From the NCBI GenBank assembly GCA_013239625.1, contig MU054220.1, positions 7,785,367-7,849,366 on the forward strand: a DNA stretch of 64,000 bases. The letters are read 5' to 3'. Under the pieces are notes generated by a model, which was not told the origin of the DNA, did not search any database, and saw only the letters and a program-made list of their open reading frames with translations. The position numbers and the translations under genes were made by a program. Shown in pieces: positions 51,726-64,000 of the stretch; the stretch's first letter is position 1, and each line of letters opens with the position of its first letter. This stretch comes from Lama guanicoe. Its lineage: Eukaryota.

Positions 51726-52894
51726 GTTGTAATTTGAAATGTGGCCAAGCAGTGAGCCTGCCTGCTCTCTTAAAAGTGCATTCTCCCCACAGTTCACCGA
51801 GAGTTGAAAAGGACTGTGCTTTAGTACCTTATCATGACTTTAATACTATGGGCAGGCAATATTGGTGGACCCCACCTCTGCGTCTATAGGAATTTCCATG
51901 AATACCCTCTCCCCCTCCCAGCACTGACATTCTACTTGCAAAAGCATTCTCCATTTCATATGCAACCTAAGAATGGTTTGGATCATTTCAGTCATAATGA
52001 TCAAAACAACCAAATTGTGTAAAGCTCTGAGACTGAAATATGGAATGAATGGTCTTTTCTCCCTGAATTATCTCCAGGTGCGCACAGGCCGTAACAGTCA
52101 CTCTCCACAGTGACAGTAGGTGGGTCACCCAGGTTGTCTGTAGAGGTACAGCTGGAATCCCAAGGGAAACCACGGTGCCCTCTCAAGAGGGAGAAATAGG
52201 TTCTGAGCCACCAACGAGTGCCGCAAGGATGTAACATGCTTCAGTAAGGAGAAAGGGTGGGATCTTAACCATAGAAATCATGTGGTTCAGATCCAGAGAA
52301 ACCAAAGTTCAAATTCAGGCTCTGACATACAGTTGGTCTGATTTAGGGGCAAACAAATATACACTTCTGTGTAAAAGTTTTCTTCCTATTAAATGAATCT
52401 GAAAATAATCTGCAATGTTGATGTGAAGAACAAGTGAGAAAACTTTGCTTCCATTCCTTCTAGAATATTCACTGAGGTCCTATATGTTCAAGACTCATTT
52501 TCATGCGCCAGTGGGTAGCTTTCATTTACCACTAAGTTCTGTAATAGAAGTTTTCCTTTGCTGTAAGGACTAAGGAAGCATTTCTCTCGTATTTCAGATA
52601 CTATCATGCACAGACAGAATTAAGCATGCTCACAAATCACAGTAACTCCTCTCATGTGTCACACTGTGGCACAGCATTGGAGGTGAGAACATGCTATTAA
52701 AACTCACTTCTGTCAATTAAACCCAAAAGACAAAGTTTTGATACCAAATTTTTAGCACAAAATTTTCTGGGGTTTTAGAACTTCTTGAACATTACTGTGT
52801 GATAATAAGTTATCTGTACCTGAATATTACATAAAGTATAATTTGTATCTTAAAATTTGTCAATAAAAATGAGAGATAAAAGGACTTTGTTATT

Positions 52895-53345
52895 TTATTA
52901 TGTGCCAGGCAGGAATTGCTTTAGGTATATTAACTAATTTAATCTCCTTTAGAACCCTATGATTTAGAGGATTTTATTTCCCTTCTTTTCTATTGTTTAC
53001 TTTGTTCTTTTTCGGGGGGCAGGGATAGTTAAGTTTATTTTAATGGAGGTGCTGGGAATTGAACCCAGGACCTTGTGCACGCTAAACAACCACTCTACTA
53101 ATTGAGCTAAATCCTCCCCCTATTTCCCTTATTTTCAAATGAGAAAACTATGATCAATTAACTTTCTCAAGGTTACATGTCTAATACTTACTTTTGTTTG
53201 TTTGTTTTACAAATGAGCAAAGAAAGCACTGCGAAGCTAATTTAATTTTCACAAAGTCACATGGCTAATATTCAGCAGAAATGGGATTTGAACTCAGGCT
53301 GCAAGATATTAAAAAAAAAAAAATCTATGCTCAGCCATTAGGCTA
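52895..53345 (-). mobile_element. MIR fragments (two cores) around the SINE
   Basis: TATGTGCCAGGCA...TTTAATCT; ATTTTCAAATGAGAAAACT; TTTTACAAATGAG...AAGTCACATGGCTAAT...GGGATTTGAACTCAGG. Confidence 0.7.
52991..53120 (-). mobile_element. Vic-1-type camelid tRNA-derived SINE inserted in a MIR
   Basis: Minus strand GGGGGAGGATTTAGCTCAATTAGTAGAG...GGTCCTGGGTTCAATTCCCAGCACCTCC plus tail; 16-bp TSD TATTTCCCTT(C/A)TTTTC at 52975-52990 and 53121-53136. Confidence 0.9.
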
Positions 53346-54075
53346 TCTTGTCAATGTCAGACTCAAAAGAGCCACCCACAGAGGCAGAATAAATAGATAA
53401 GTAAATCTTTAAAACATTTATTTTCTTAAAAAGTTTTTAAAGTTTGTTTTGGATTAGAAAGCAGTAGACAGTTATTATCAGGAATTTGGAAAACAAGCAG
53501 ATAGAATTAAGAGTTATACATAATTCCGTCAATGCTAGTACTTCTTAATACTTTGTTGTGTTTACTCCCTATTGTCGTTGTTATGATTTTGTTAAACAAA
53601 TATTTTAAAAGTAATTTGTAGTGAATGTATAAGTATGTATCTTGCTATATATACATATATAGCTGTAAATATATATAACTATAAAAATATCTACGTAGAT
53701 ATATAGTTTACAAGAGCAGATATCCTTTAAGACAAGAAAGGTAATAACTACATAGGATTCCATCATAATTATCCGGGCTTTTACTGCCTTCAGTGACCAG
53801 ATGTGTTTGCTATATGGCTGCAGCTAAATGAATGCACTAAATAAATTTATTATTTCTAACTTAGGTGATCTTCTATTTCCAGTTTCCAGTTTGTGAAAAC
53901 TACAGTGAATCTCTATTTCTCTTACATCCGTTTCTACCTAATTGTGTGAGATCCATTTCAGAAGAGTAATTACTGGGTGAGATGAGCCTCCTGATTTTGA
54001 GTAGTTCTGTGTGATGCAGTGTTTGCATTGTGCTTCCTTTCATCTCATGCCATGAGTCCCTATTAAAGGGACCAA

Positions 54076-54701
54076 TGTGGAGACAGCCCCAGAATCTGGA
54101 CTGGTCAGAATCATTCCGAGGGTAAAATCCAGGACCTGTCTTGGTATCCGCTGGGCTCGGAGACAGAAAAGTCAACCTGATGTAGTGTTTTCTCTTCTCA
54201 TCCCTTAGAAAGGCATGCTTAGGCCTGGAAAGAGCGGAATGTGTACTATGGGGATGGGCTTCAGCAGAAGAACGCGGGGCTCTACCTCCCAATTTTCTCC
54301 CTCTTACATGGGTTCTGCCTGAGAGAAGACTTGTGTGGAGCAGGAGTGCAGGGGGCACAGAAGCAATTCCAGCTCAGCAGCTAGGCAGTCTGATCTTTGG
54401 TTCTAGAAGTGTAGAAGACTGCATGTAGAAGCCCTCTGTCCAACGGAGAACTTGACGGCTCCTGAACCAATGGGACACTGAGTTTGGATGTGGCTTCTCC
54501 CACTGAGGGGAAAGAAAACTCTAAGCAATGCGGGATGTTTTAGGCTCTCCTGCTGGAAGAGAGGGAGTCATCTTTCCCAGCCACCTCTGGCAATTCAGAG
54601 AGAACTTGAAGTGTCAATCCTGATGGCTGTCTTCAAAGTGGGGTTCTGGATATAAAATTGCACCTTCTCCCAATGTTCTTCTACTATCCCTAGAAACCAC
54701 A
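54076..54701. mobile_element. Possible ancient LTR, family unassigned
   Basis: GC-richer 626-bp block with TGTGG...CCACA inverted termini and ATAAAA near the right end; no TSD seen. Confidence 0.3.
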
Positions 54702-55988
54702 AAGTGATGTCTTAAGCTATTAAAGACTTCTTTTCTCCAGGCTCAAGTACTGCATCAAGAAGAAAAACATTTACAGAAAACTCTAAATAAATACGTAAGA
54801 GGAAGGGAAAGCAGCTTTGGACAGAGCTCCTAAAAGTCAAGACAGTAATGATTTCAGGGAACAGAACTGGCTCAGGAAACAAAGTTACAAATTCCAGTTC
54901 ATCCCTATGTTGAATATCCTTAAGAAATTCAGCAATCATTCCGAGCCCCAGATGCCAGTGCCTGATAATCACGCTGCATAAAATTGCATGGAGGTTACTT
55001 TTCCTTGGGTCCTCACTCATACTTGTTGGTTTCTGTCCGTTCAAGGTCTATCAGTCTACTGTTTCCTCCAGGAGTTAATTTTGTGCTTCTCTTCCTCCCC
55101 AAGAGGGTCTATCACTACTTGGAATTTATCTTCAGAGAAGTCAAGCCATCTGGCCTTGACTGTTTCTATGAGGTCCCTTGCTTTCTGTTGTTTTCCAGAA
55201 GATTCAACTCTGGACCAGAGACAGGAAGTCTGGGAGGGTTTAGTGCAGAGAATGCTCTGTAGATGTTCTGACCATTACATTCTAGACAAGCAACGTGTCT
55301 CTGAAAAACCAGATCACACTCATTTATGGTCAAATCCTTGGAAACTAGGGCAATGTGCGTGCGCGCGTGTGTGTGTGCATGTGTGTGCGATCTATTCTCA
55401 TTAGTATTTGATCTGAATATTAACACATTACTATTAACTTTAGTTAGAACATCATCTGTTTTATATACCACTAGGTCTTTGTATAACATCAAAATTGACT
55501 TGTGATATCAAGCTGAGTCCTATTTATATCCAGAGATTAGGCATTTAGTTCTAATTCTGAAAGTGAGAATCCTTTAAAAGGAAATCCTCAAGTTGTTAAA
55601 GGAGTGAAACCACCTACGGCTTTTTCATCCCGTTTCGGAGTACTTTGGGAAAGTAGCCAAAATTCTCATTTTCCCGGTTTTCACTGTTCTACAAAACGTA
55701 GTAATTATCACCATGACAATATCTCATGTCTTTTACAAAAGCATCCAAAATCACTTGACAATTAAATCCATTTACATGTTTAATCTGAGATGCTGGCTGA
55801 ATTTAGAACCTTACTTCCCCAAATTGTTTTTTTTTTTAAATGTAAGAACTAATAGAATCCCTCATTAATACAGTAGGATTTGGCATTTTTGCTTCATTGA
55901 TCTAAACTTGGGTTAATTTTAGCGCATCAGAAACACAGTCATCTTATGGAAGTTATTGTATTCCATGTACAAGTTTGAAATTTGGAGA

Positions 55989-56090
55989 GGGGAAGGGTAA
56001 TAGCTCAGAGATAGAGTGTGTGCTTCGCATGCAGGAGGTCTTGGGTTCAATCCTCAGTACCTCCATTTAAAATAAGTAAAAAAAAAAAAA
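55989..56090 (+). mobile_element. Vic-1-type camelid tRNA-derived SINE
   Basis: GGGGAAGGGTAATAGCTCAG (A box)...GCATGCAGGAGGTCTTG-GGTTCAATCC (B box, 56044-56053)-TCAGTACCTCC plus A-rich tail. Confidence 0.9.
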
Positions 56091-56904
56091 CTCAGAAAAA
56101 AAATGAAACATAGAAGAGAGGCTAGACTGATGAAACAAGACTAAAAGGAGTATGGGGGTGGTGTTAATAAAAGAGACATCATTCACTTAGAAATGAGCAT
56201 GCTAGGAATAATCAATACATAAATTGCTATAAGTTGTGCAATCTAACATCTGTTTCCCTGGGCAAACTTTCTCCTCCCTAATTGTAAAGTGTTCATTACT
56301 CAAATGTGCCAGATAAATATTTATTGTAAGATGTAATTGGTGCTAAGACTGAAAGAATACTGCTCATGTTGTATGACTCATGCTCCCTAAGTCATGGATC
56401 CATTTAAAGAAGGACAAGCCTTCTGAGATGCACTCCCCTCCTGGGTCCCCAGGTTCTGCTAGGTCAAGTGGTGAATAAAGCTGACCTCATACACTCTTCA
56501 CACACCTCCATCTCTATAGACTACATTGGTGATTCCATGGAATTAGAGTTTATTTAAAGATGACCGGTATTTCTAGATGTCCTATATTGGCATCAACCCT
56601 GTGTTAATATTCAAGTTCTGAATGGGATTAGCAGATACAAGGTGAGAAGCTAGGAATTGGAACTCAGCGTGGCCAAGTCATTTATTGAATGAAGTGATGC
56701 AGGTGTTGTAAAAATAGACTTAGAAAAAAAGAGTAAGAAATGTATCCTAAGACCGCTGTTTCCCCTTTTATTATTTGTATTTATTATCTTTTCCTTTCCT
56801 GTATCAGTAAAAAAAAATTTTTTTCTGGATCATTACTGTGCTTTTGAATATATAAAATTGGCAAAGAGGAAAAAAAAAGTTCTCTTTATTCGTGGAGAAA
56901 ATAA

Positions 56905-57402
56905 TTGTATAAGCAGCCCAGGTTTCTGTTTTGCCTTGACAGCACCCAGCCAATATTGCTTAAACCTGCCCAAGAAAAATTCTCTAGGGCTTTAAAGGAA
57001 GAATTAGACATGAACCTTATTTCATTTCCTAGTCACCATGAAGTCCTGCAACCCCAGGGTAGCAAGGACTTTGGAGACCTTGGATGAATGATTCATGCCA
57101 CAGCAGTGACCTCATGTCCACTGAGAGGTGGTACTTCTTTATTGCTATTTACCAAGGCGGCCTCCCACAAAGAGGCCTTGACTAGGGTGACTCCTCTCTC
57201 ATCAAAAACTCTCCCAGTAAATCCCCTCTGACATTAAAAATGCTGTGTCCTACCTTTGGTGAGTTTTCAAAACTGCAGACCCGGCACCTCCTAGTGAATA
57301 GCTATTCCCCTATTTGCAGTAAAAAATAAATAAATAAATAAATAATCCAACTGTATTTTACCCAGTGTGAAGCTTGAGATTTTTTTTTTCCTGGGTTTGG
57401 CG
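56905..57402 (+). mobile_element. Possible old ERV1 LTR (MER89/MER110-like)
   Basis: LTR-like order of TAAAAA box, TTTGGTGAGTT, CCTATT.GCAGT and an AATAAA expanded into (TAAA)n; boundaries approximate. Confidence 0.35.
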
Positions 57403-58687
57403 TATAAATCGTGTTTTACAAATACAGTTTACATAGTCTTGCTGATCTCTCCCTTGCCATTGAGTACCTGAACCTACAGTAATAGCGCTCTAAATGTTTT
57501 GCTTCTCAGCAGAAAACGATTTATTTCGTAACGTTACAGCCACCCCCCATTTAAGTGAGGATGGTGCTGAGGTGACTTATGAGAGTCTCAATTTTACAGC
57601 ACCAGTGTCCTTATTAGAGTTCTTCATGGATGAATCAAAAATCTAAAAATATTCTTCTTTCATCCATTAAAGATTTTTCTCCCCATAGTCACACTTCTGT
57701 GATTATGTCCAAACTTTTCTTCCCCTTGCAACCAAAGGAATGGATTTGGATAATACGGCTGCCATCTAAGCTATATAGTGTTCATCCATAAGATGACAGA
57801 AAGTCTGAAGAGTATTCTGAACACTCAGAGAAAAGCCCGGATTACTGATTCTCCTCCCTCCTTTCAAGCCACTGCTGAACACAACCTTCCTGTGATATCA
57901 GCAGGCTTGTATTTTAGTTGTTGCAATCGCTCTCAGTTTCTCTGCATCCAGGCAACCCATCTCTATTCTTAACTTACATCCTGGAAGGCTTCTCTCAAGT
58001 AAATAGGACACAGCAGAACACCGTGCAAAGCAATTTTACTAAAAAGCCAACATCAGTTCAAAGGCTTTCTCTGGTTTCACTAAGGTTTTAATTGACATAC
58101 ACATTTAGAAATTCAAATCACTGATTTCCAACAGTCCTCATTTAGTAATGACTGACCTCTTAGCCACGCTTAAAATTAAAATTCAAAAGGGAAAGTTTTC
58201 GTTTATTCGACAAATACAACACATTACATATTACCAGTATCAGTTTGTTAAGCATGATTGTAGCTTCATATTTACCCTGGATAAGCAGACAGAGGTCCAA
58301 TAGTGTCTTGCTAACCACAGAAACTCTGCAAACAGAATCTTTCTGGAACAACTGTTGTGTGTAAAATTAGCTTTGTTTAAAATTCACATCCAAATACAAC
58401 GTGAGTCTATTTATCACATTATCTTCCTTTTCCACATCTAAAAATCATGTAACACTCTAAAGCAGTCATTCTCTTTATCTTCATTTTATAAGCAACTGCT
58501 TAATTTGCATTAACAAGCTAAACAATCACCACTTCGCAGAAACAGCATTTGCAATGAAAATACCTGCAGTCCAACTATTTACAACTGGAGTATTTCTGAA
58601 ACTAGCTATAGCGTTGAAAAGGCAAAAAATCTACAAGTGATGAAAGAGTTCACTTCCCAAAATAACCCCTAGTTTTCTTTTTTAAAT

Positions 58688-59200
58688 TATTCTGCTGTCT
58701 ATTGCAATGGAAGAACGAACCCCAGCTCTTAGTGGCTCAAAATGATCACTTTATTTTCTTCATAAACTTGAGAGAAAGGAATTTTAGAGGAACTCATCTA
58801 GGTCATTTGTCCCTGACTTACATCGCATCAGCTGGAAGGGGTCATTAGGGATGCAGGTGCCACTGAAAAGTGGCTACTTCACCATGAAACGGGATATTTA
58901 GCTTCTTTGGTCTTTCTCTCTATGAAGCATCTTATTGTCCAGGGTAGCCCTTCACGGCCTGAGCATCTCTTCTCATGATGTGGAAGTCTCAGAGCAGCTG
59001 TACTCCTTACCTGGTGTCAGACAAGAGCAACTGTCTGACAAAGTGAAAGTTGCCAAAATTTTATGGCTCACCCTAGAAAACTGGCTCAGCATCACTTCCA
59101 CCTTATCCTGCTTGTCAAAACAGAGAGGAAGCCCTTACAGAAATCAAGGCGCAGAGAAACAGACCCTCCCTCTCAAAGGGACATCGATAACTTGTGGCTG
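58688..59200 (-). mobile_element. MLT1G/MLT1H-like MaLR LTR, degraded
   Basis: TCTATTGC...CTTAGTGGCTCAAAA...CATCAGCTGG...GAAAACTGGCTCAGCATCACTTCCACC. Confidence 0.65.
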
Positions 59201-62200
59201 TCAGTCTCCCACAGCAACAGTTTTCTCCCACTAGTCTCTTACGTCCTGTAGAATAATTCTACGTGAGACCTGATGAACTGTAGTTAAAAGATGTTGAAAG
59301 GCTTCTCTCCCAACTCTCTACTGTAAGAAAGGGCTGTATCAAAAGCTTCCAATGCTCATGATCAGCTACAACAAAGACGCTGCTCTAGTTACAGTCTATA
59401 AATCATGAAAATTCCCAAGCAAATTGACTCGAGAAATCTGGTCATCTTTGTTCCTCCGAAGAGTAGACAGTCAGATTGCCGACTGCTGAACTCTTTGTCA
59501 TGCACTTTGCTTTCATGTCTTTTTCCTTTCCACAAAGTTGCCCAGAAGAGAAGCAGCCTCCAATTCTACATTCACGTCTACTCTTCAACTCCATGGGATA
59601 CATAACGATCTCTCAAAACCTCCTTACCACTCTGATGACACTGATTTCCCATAATTCCATAGTTCAGCCCCACACAGAAAGCAAAGCCAGTTTCCCCTTT
59701 TTGACAAATACTTGTCATGAAGAGGGAGAAACCCTTTTCTTTTCCCTCACGGAAAAGGGAGAAAGTTTTGACAACTGTCTCTCGTGCCTGCAATTGATAA
59801 CTCAGTCTTTCCTTCTTCAGTTGATCCATCTTTTAAATAGAGTTTGGCAATAGGTGACAGAATTTTTGGTTGCAAGATATTATCTCGCATAGCTTTATAA
59901 TATGGAGATGTGTATCTCCTACCTTTCTTAATTTTGGGGCTTCAGCAAACTTCTGAGATAATTTCATGTTACATCAGCCTATAACTCAAGAGGAGTTTGG
60001 TCTAAATGTTCAGACTATATTTAAATGAGATTTAAGGTCATATTAAAGGCCAAAATCACCTAGAAACATGATATAGAAAGGAAAAAAAGAGGACCTATTA
60101 GCACACAGTAGGAAATCCTACCATTTATAGTTCTAATGGCATTTTAGCTCTAGTGGAGGAAGATAAGGAGATATGAAAGGAGACCAACTGTGACTACAGT
60201 TACAAGAAAACATTCAAGAGAGCATGTCATGGAAACTAAAGATTAGGGTTCTCACTGAAGCTAAATAAATTTCCTCTATCTTGTTTAAGCCAAAAGGGAT
60301 TAAAAATACTATGCAGTTTACACTATTTTGGGGAAGACAGCAGACTTGAGCCTGGCTGTGTAACAGCCCTAAAGAGATTAACCAGAGAAAAATAATCAAA
60401 CCCATCTTGACCCTCCATAGCTGTCGTCTCACTGAATATGGCATCTGTGGCATTAGGATGAGAAAACTAAGAACTCTACCACACTTGCTCAGAAGAATCA
60501 GATGTATCTAGTACCATACTTGTCTGTATATCCAACATGCCTGCCTTAACACCTGACCTTGAAATCCTACCGGTCATCAGTACAATGAAGAGCCATTTCA
60601 TTTTATTGGGGGGAACAGGAGCTACCTGGCAATTTGTCAAGTGGTAAATAGGATATTAGAATGTGGATAAAGTTTATATATAAAGTCCTGAAAGATTTGA
60701 CACTGAAAGACAATGGAAAAATCAGATTACAACCAGAAGCAGGCATTTATTAAATAAAGATTTTTTTTCATTTGCTTTTCTTTAGGATAATAGATATTAG
60801 CATACACTGATGTACTAATGAGAAAACACAAGCATAGTGAGATTAATAAGGTATAGATTAAGATTCAAAATCCTTAAGGCAAGAGATAATGGAAAAAAGA
60901 TTGTATTTTGAGTGACTGGTCTTTTATTGAGAAAACTCTTCCTTGGAAATGAAAGGATGGATGAAGGTGAATATATGCAAAATTAAGCTTTTAGGTGAGG
61001 ATAGAAAAATAGAAGCGTGCCAGCTATATACTTCATTTCCTTAAAACATAAATTTCATCATTAGCTGATACAATGATTGGAAGTGAAAAGTGGAGTAATC
61101 TCAGATATCTGGAAGGAAAGATAAGTTTTTTAAGAAAAATAGTACTAAGATTACCATGCTGTGTTTAGAGTTCATCTAATTATGATTTTAATGTGAATCC
61201 AGTCTGTTAGGTTATATGATTTGGGTGTGATTAAACTAACGGATCAGAGAGTAACCAGGATAAAATGGGGGGTGAAGACAGGAGGTTGATAAATAGTAAG
61301 AAATTCAGGACATGACCAAAGTAGAGGCCCTTATATGTTCAAGAATATTTAAGCAGAAATACTTCAGTAGAGAGGAAGGATAGGGAATTGTGGCGACAGA
61401 ATAGAACACACACTTTTAGGATTTTGACATTGTTTAGAATGTGGTGGTGATACATTCTGTGACCTTGGAGTGTCTGAAATATAATGTGCTGGGGAGACGG
61501 ACTGTCCATGATGATTGATGCTAGGAAACTGAATAAACTGAGACCAGAAAACAGGCTGGATCATTCACAAAGATGCCTATGGCTCCAGGTAGAATTACTG
61601 GAGTTCACAGGGAAAGAAACTGAGAATCAGTTTGATAATTCAAGTTTTCATTGACTGAGTGGAACATTTGTTGAAATCAAGAAATGAGACCAGAAAGTCG
61701 GCAGATGAAGAGGAGAAGAGCCTGGTATCTCTGTTGTGAACATCAGGCAAGTGAGAGGATGGAAGGTTAGTATTTTGAAGTATTAATGATGAACAAGGAA
61801 CACAATTTCTTTTAGATTCACATTTTGCTAGAAAGGATAAGAAAAAGAAAAAGGTTCAAAAACTAAATATAATTATGTAATATGGTAAGTTTTATAAAGT
61901 TTTCCTGTGATAGCTCTGGACAAACAATGAAGATAAATGACTTGGCTGAAGTGTAAACTGATTAATTTACAACTTTTTGAATAGTCTTGATCTCCAAGTA
62001 TTGAATTATTGATCAATGATAGCACACAGGAAATGTTTAAATGACATTGTAAAACCTGGTCCTTCACTGTACCCCATACAACTTGTTTGTTCCTTTAATC
62101 AATGACAGATATATGAGGAGACATCAGCAGGTGGTGGGAAGCTGACGGGGGACACTGACTGTTTTAGTTGTGAGGGACAAAAGAATCAGAATCCAAAACA

Positions 62201-62639
62201 ATCACAAGTGTCTGGTCCCGGGTCAACTAGAATAAATTAAATACAAAAAAGTTTATCTTAACAGTTCCTACATGGTACGTACAAGATAGTGAGAATCACA
62301 TTCTGCTCTGTTCTGTCCAGAAAGAGTACTGATGCTATTGCATTCAGATTTAGATGTCTCATTTTTAAATTAAATCTTAAGCTTTTGAGCATTTGCCCCC
62401 GGGCCTTGTAACTGGTTTTCAAGGGCACCACATTCCTTACCACATCGTGGACTTTAAACTTACTTTCTCTCTCCCTAAACACACCACTCCCTCTACCCCT
62501 GGTATCAGTACAGCCAGTCATCTCAGTGCTCCTGAGAAGGTGTAAACACTTCGATTGGGGTAGACACATATACACGCACACACAAACATGCTCATCAAAG
62601 CTTGCTTCCCCGGTGTCTAACGTGATACCTGCCATCAGA

Positions 62640-62875
62640 GGGCTTCTGACCAAATCTTCTGATCTATTACCTTGTTGAAAAAGCTCTTCTTTTAGAAGAT
62701 TAAGATCTAAGTTGTTCTGGTGTCGTAGCAAAAGGTAGACCTGAGCAAAGCAGTTTAAAGCTACCGGGGCAGAGTTTAGCTCAACAATTGGGAACGTATT
62801 CTAAGAGGAATAATTATCCAACGCATAGACTACTTATAAAAACACTGACTTTTCCGTCATTAAAATGTTCATACA
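62640..62875 (+). mobile_element. L3/CR1 fragment
   Basis: TTCTG.TGT...AAGCTAC.GGGGCAGA.TTTAGCTCAA...TTCTAA...TCCAAC...TCCGTCAT resembles the remembered L3 3' region. Confidence 0.5.
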
Positions 62876-63612
62876 TTTTTATTTATTCCTTAGGAACATT
62901 GCCTTTCACATAAAAGCATCTCAAAATTAGAATGTCTTGCATGTGATACGGTCTTAAAATTATTATAGTTATTATTTCCAGGTATTCCTGACCACCCAAA
63001 ATTGTCAGCATTAAACTTGAAGAATAGCTGTTACTGGATGGAAAGGCAATCCTAAGTGTCACCTTCCAGGAGTCAAACAGCCGTGGGAAGAGTTGGGTCC
63101 ACAGCGATTAGATGTGCAGTAACATTCCTGAAGCAGGCCAGTGGTGTGCTGCTCCCAAGGCTACAGATAAACAGGGGATGATTTTATGTGGAAAAAAATA
63201 ACCATCTTTGACTTGTGAGTTGGTTGATTCAAAATAACAATGTTTTAGGAGTGCAGAAATTTTAGAATTCATTAACCAAATGATGTGTTTTTATTTTGTT
63301 TTTGATGTACTCACGAAAGTAATGTATGAAAAAAATCCATGTCTGGTAAGTTTTAAAGAAGCCTTTAATAAGTATATAACTTAAATGCTGAGAAAGCATT
63401 CCAGAGTAGCTTAATTGGCAGTGTTTTTTTTCCTTTCAAATGGTAAAGTAACGCGTGACCAGCAATCAACTTTATATTCTATTAAGTATGATTTAGATTC
63501 TAGATTATGCTACCTTTAAAAGAGGCTGTTGAAGAGCGTACACTGGAAATGTCTGGACAAGTGGAACCTAACGTATTGCAATTGCAATTTAACTTTAAAT
63601 TTATTTGCTTAA

Positions 63613-64000
63613 TGTTTTGGGCTGAATAGCGTCACAATGAAGATGTGCTTAAGTCCTACCCCCCAGGACCTGTTAATGTGACCTTATCTAGAAACAGAGT
63701 ATGCAATCGAGTTAAGATGAGGTTATATTAAACTAGAGCCCTGATTCCAACAGGACTAGTGTCCTGGTAAGAAGAGAAACGAAAGAAACAGGGAGAACAC
63801 CATGAGAAGACACAGAAATCCAGAGGGAAGAGGGCCATGTGAAGCTGGAAACGGATCGGAGGTGTGACGCTGAAAGCCAAGAACACCCGGGGTGACCAGA
63901 AGCGGAAAGAAGCAAAGAAAGGATCCTCCCCTGGAGGTTTCCAAGGAAGCATGTCCCCGACAAAACCTCAATTTTGGACTTGTAGTTTCCAGAAATCTGA
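63613..64000 (+). mobile_element. MLT1C-like MaLR LTR, runs off the window end
   Basis: TGTTTTGGGCTGAATAG.GTC...AATGTGACCTTAT.T.GAAA...GTTAAGATGAGG...GCCATGTGAAG...GGAAGCATG...ATTTTGGACTT. Confidence 0.9.

Noticed and set aside
55989..56065. tRNA-like sequence with A and B boxes (also 53045-53120)
   Set aside because: A-rich tails, a TSD on one copy and degenerate stems show these are SINEs, not tRNA genes
57528..57537. 10-bp palindrome GTAACGTTAC
   Set aside because: Perfect 10-bp palindromes are expected dozens of times by chance in 64 kb
58503..58517. Octamer ATTTGCAT next to AACAAG (Oct-Sox-like)
   Set aside because: Spacing is one base off the canonical composite and the Sox half is weak
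62258..62731. Longest ORF (157 aa, minus strand) with nearby splice-like sites
   Set aside because: Non-ATG start, N-terminus overlaps an antisense L3/CR1 relic, includes low-complexity VCVCV, and has no recognisable domain
1..64000. CRISPR arrays, operons, or a novel multi-gene system
   Set aside because: The sequence is mammalian repeat-rich non-coding DNA; I saw no regularly spaced repeats, long ORFs or foreign-composition insert

Overview
AT-rich, CpG-depleted mammalian genomic DNA with no CpG island and no host protein-coding gene I can recognise. Two copies of the tRNA-derived Vic-1-type SINE and camelid/cetartiodactyl-style L1 3' ends point to a camelid (alpaca/llama/camel) genome; this is inferred from remembered repeat consensus sequences, not from a database search. 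Much of the window is transposon fossils: MIR, L2, L3, several ages of L1, MaLR/ERVL/ERV1 LTRs, a deleted MER57-like provirus, and hAT and Tigger DNA transposons. Many have visible target-site duplications. Only two supplied ORFs resemble known proteins, and both are L1 ORF2 fragments. Repeat orientations are mixed, which fits intergenic DNA somewhat better than an intron but is not decisive. I found no new biological system. The best-supported curiosities are an ancient twin-primed (5'-inverted) L1 with its TSD and TT|AAAA site still readable, two nested-insertion stacks, and a two-LTR provirus relic. There is also a convergent pair of near-consensus CTCF motifs, a duplicated palindromic SMAD element, and several unverified enhancer-like and exon-like segments. 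Subfamily names, and the ends of elements without TSDs, are approximate.
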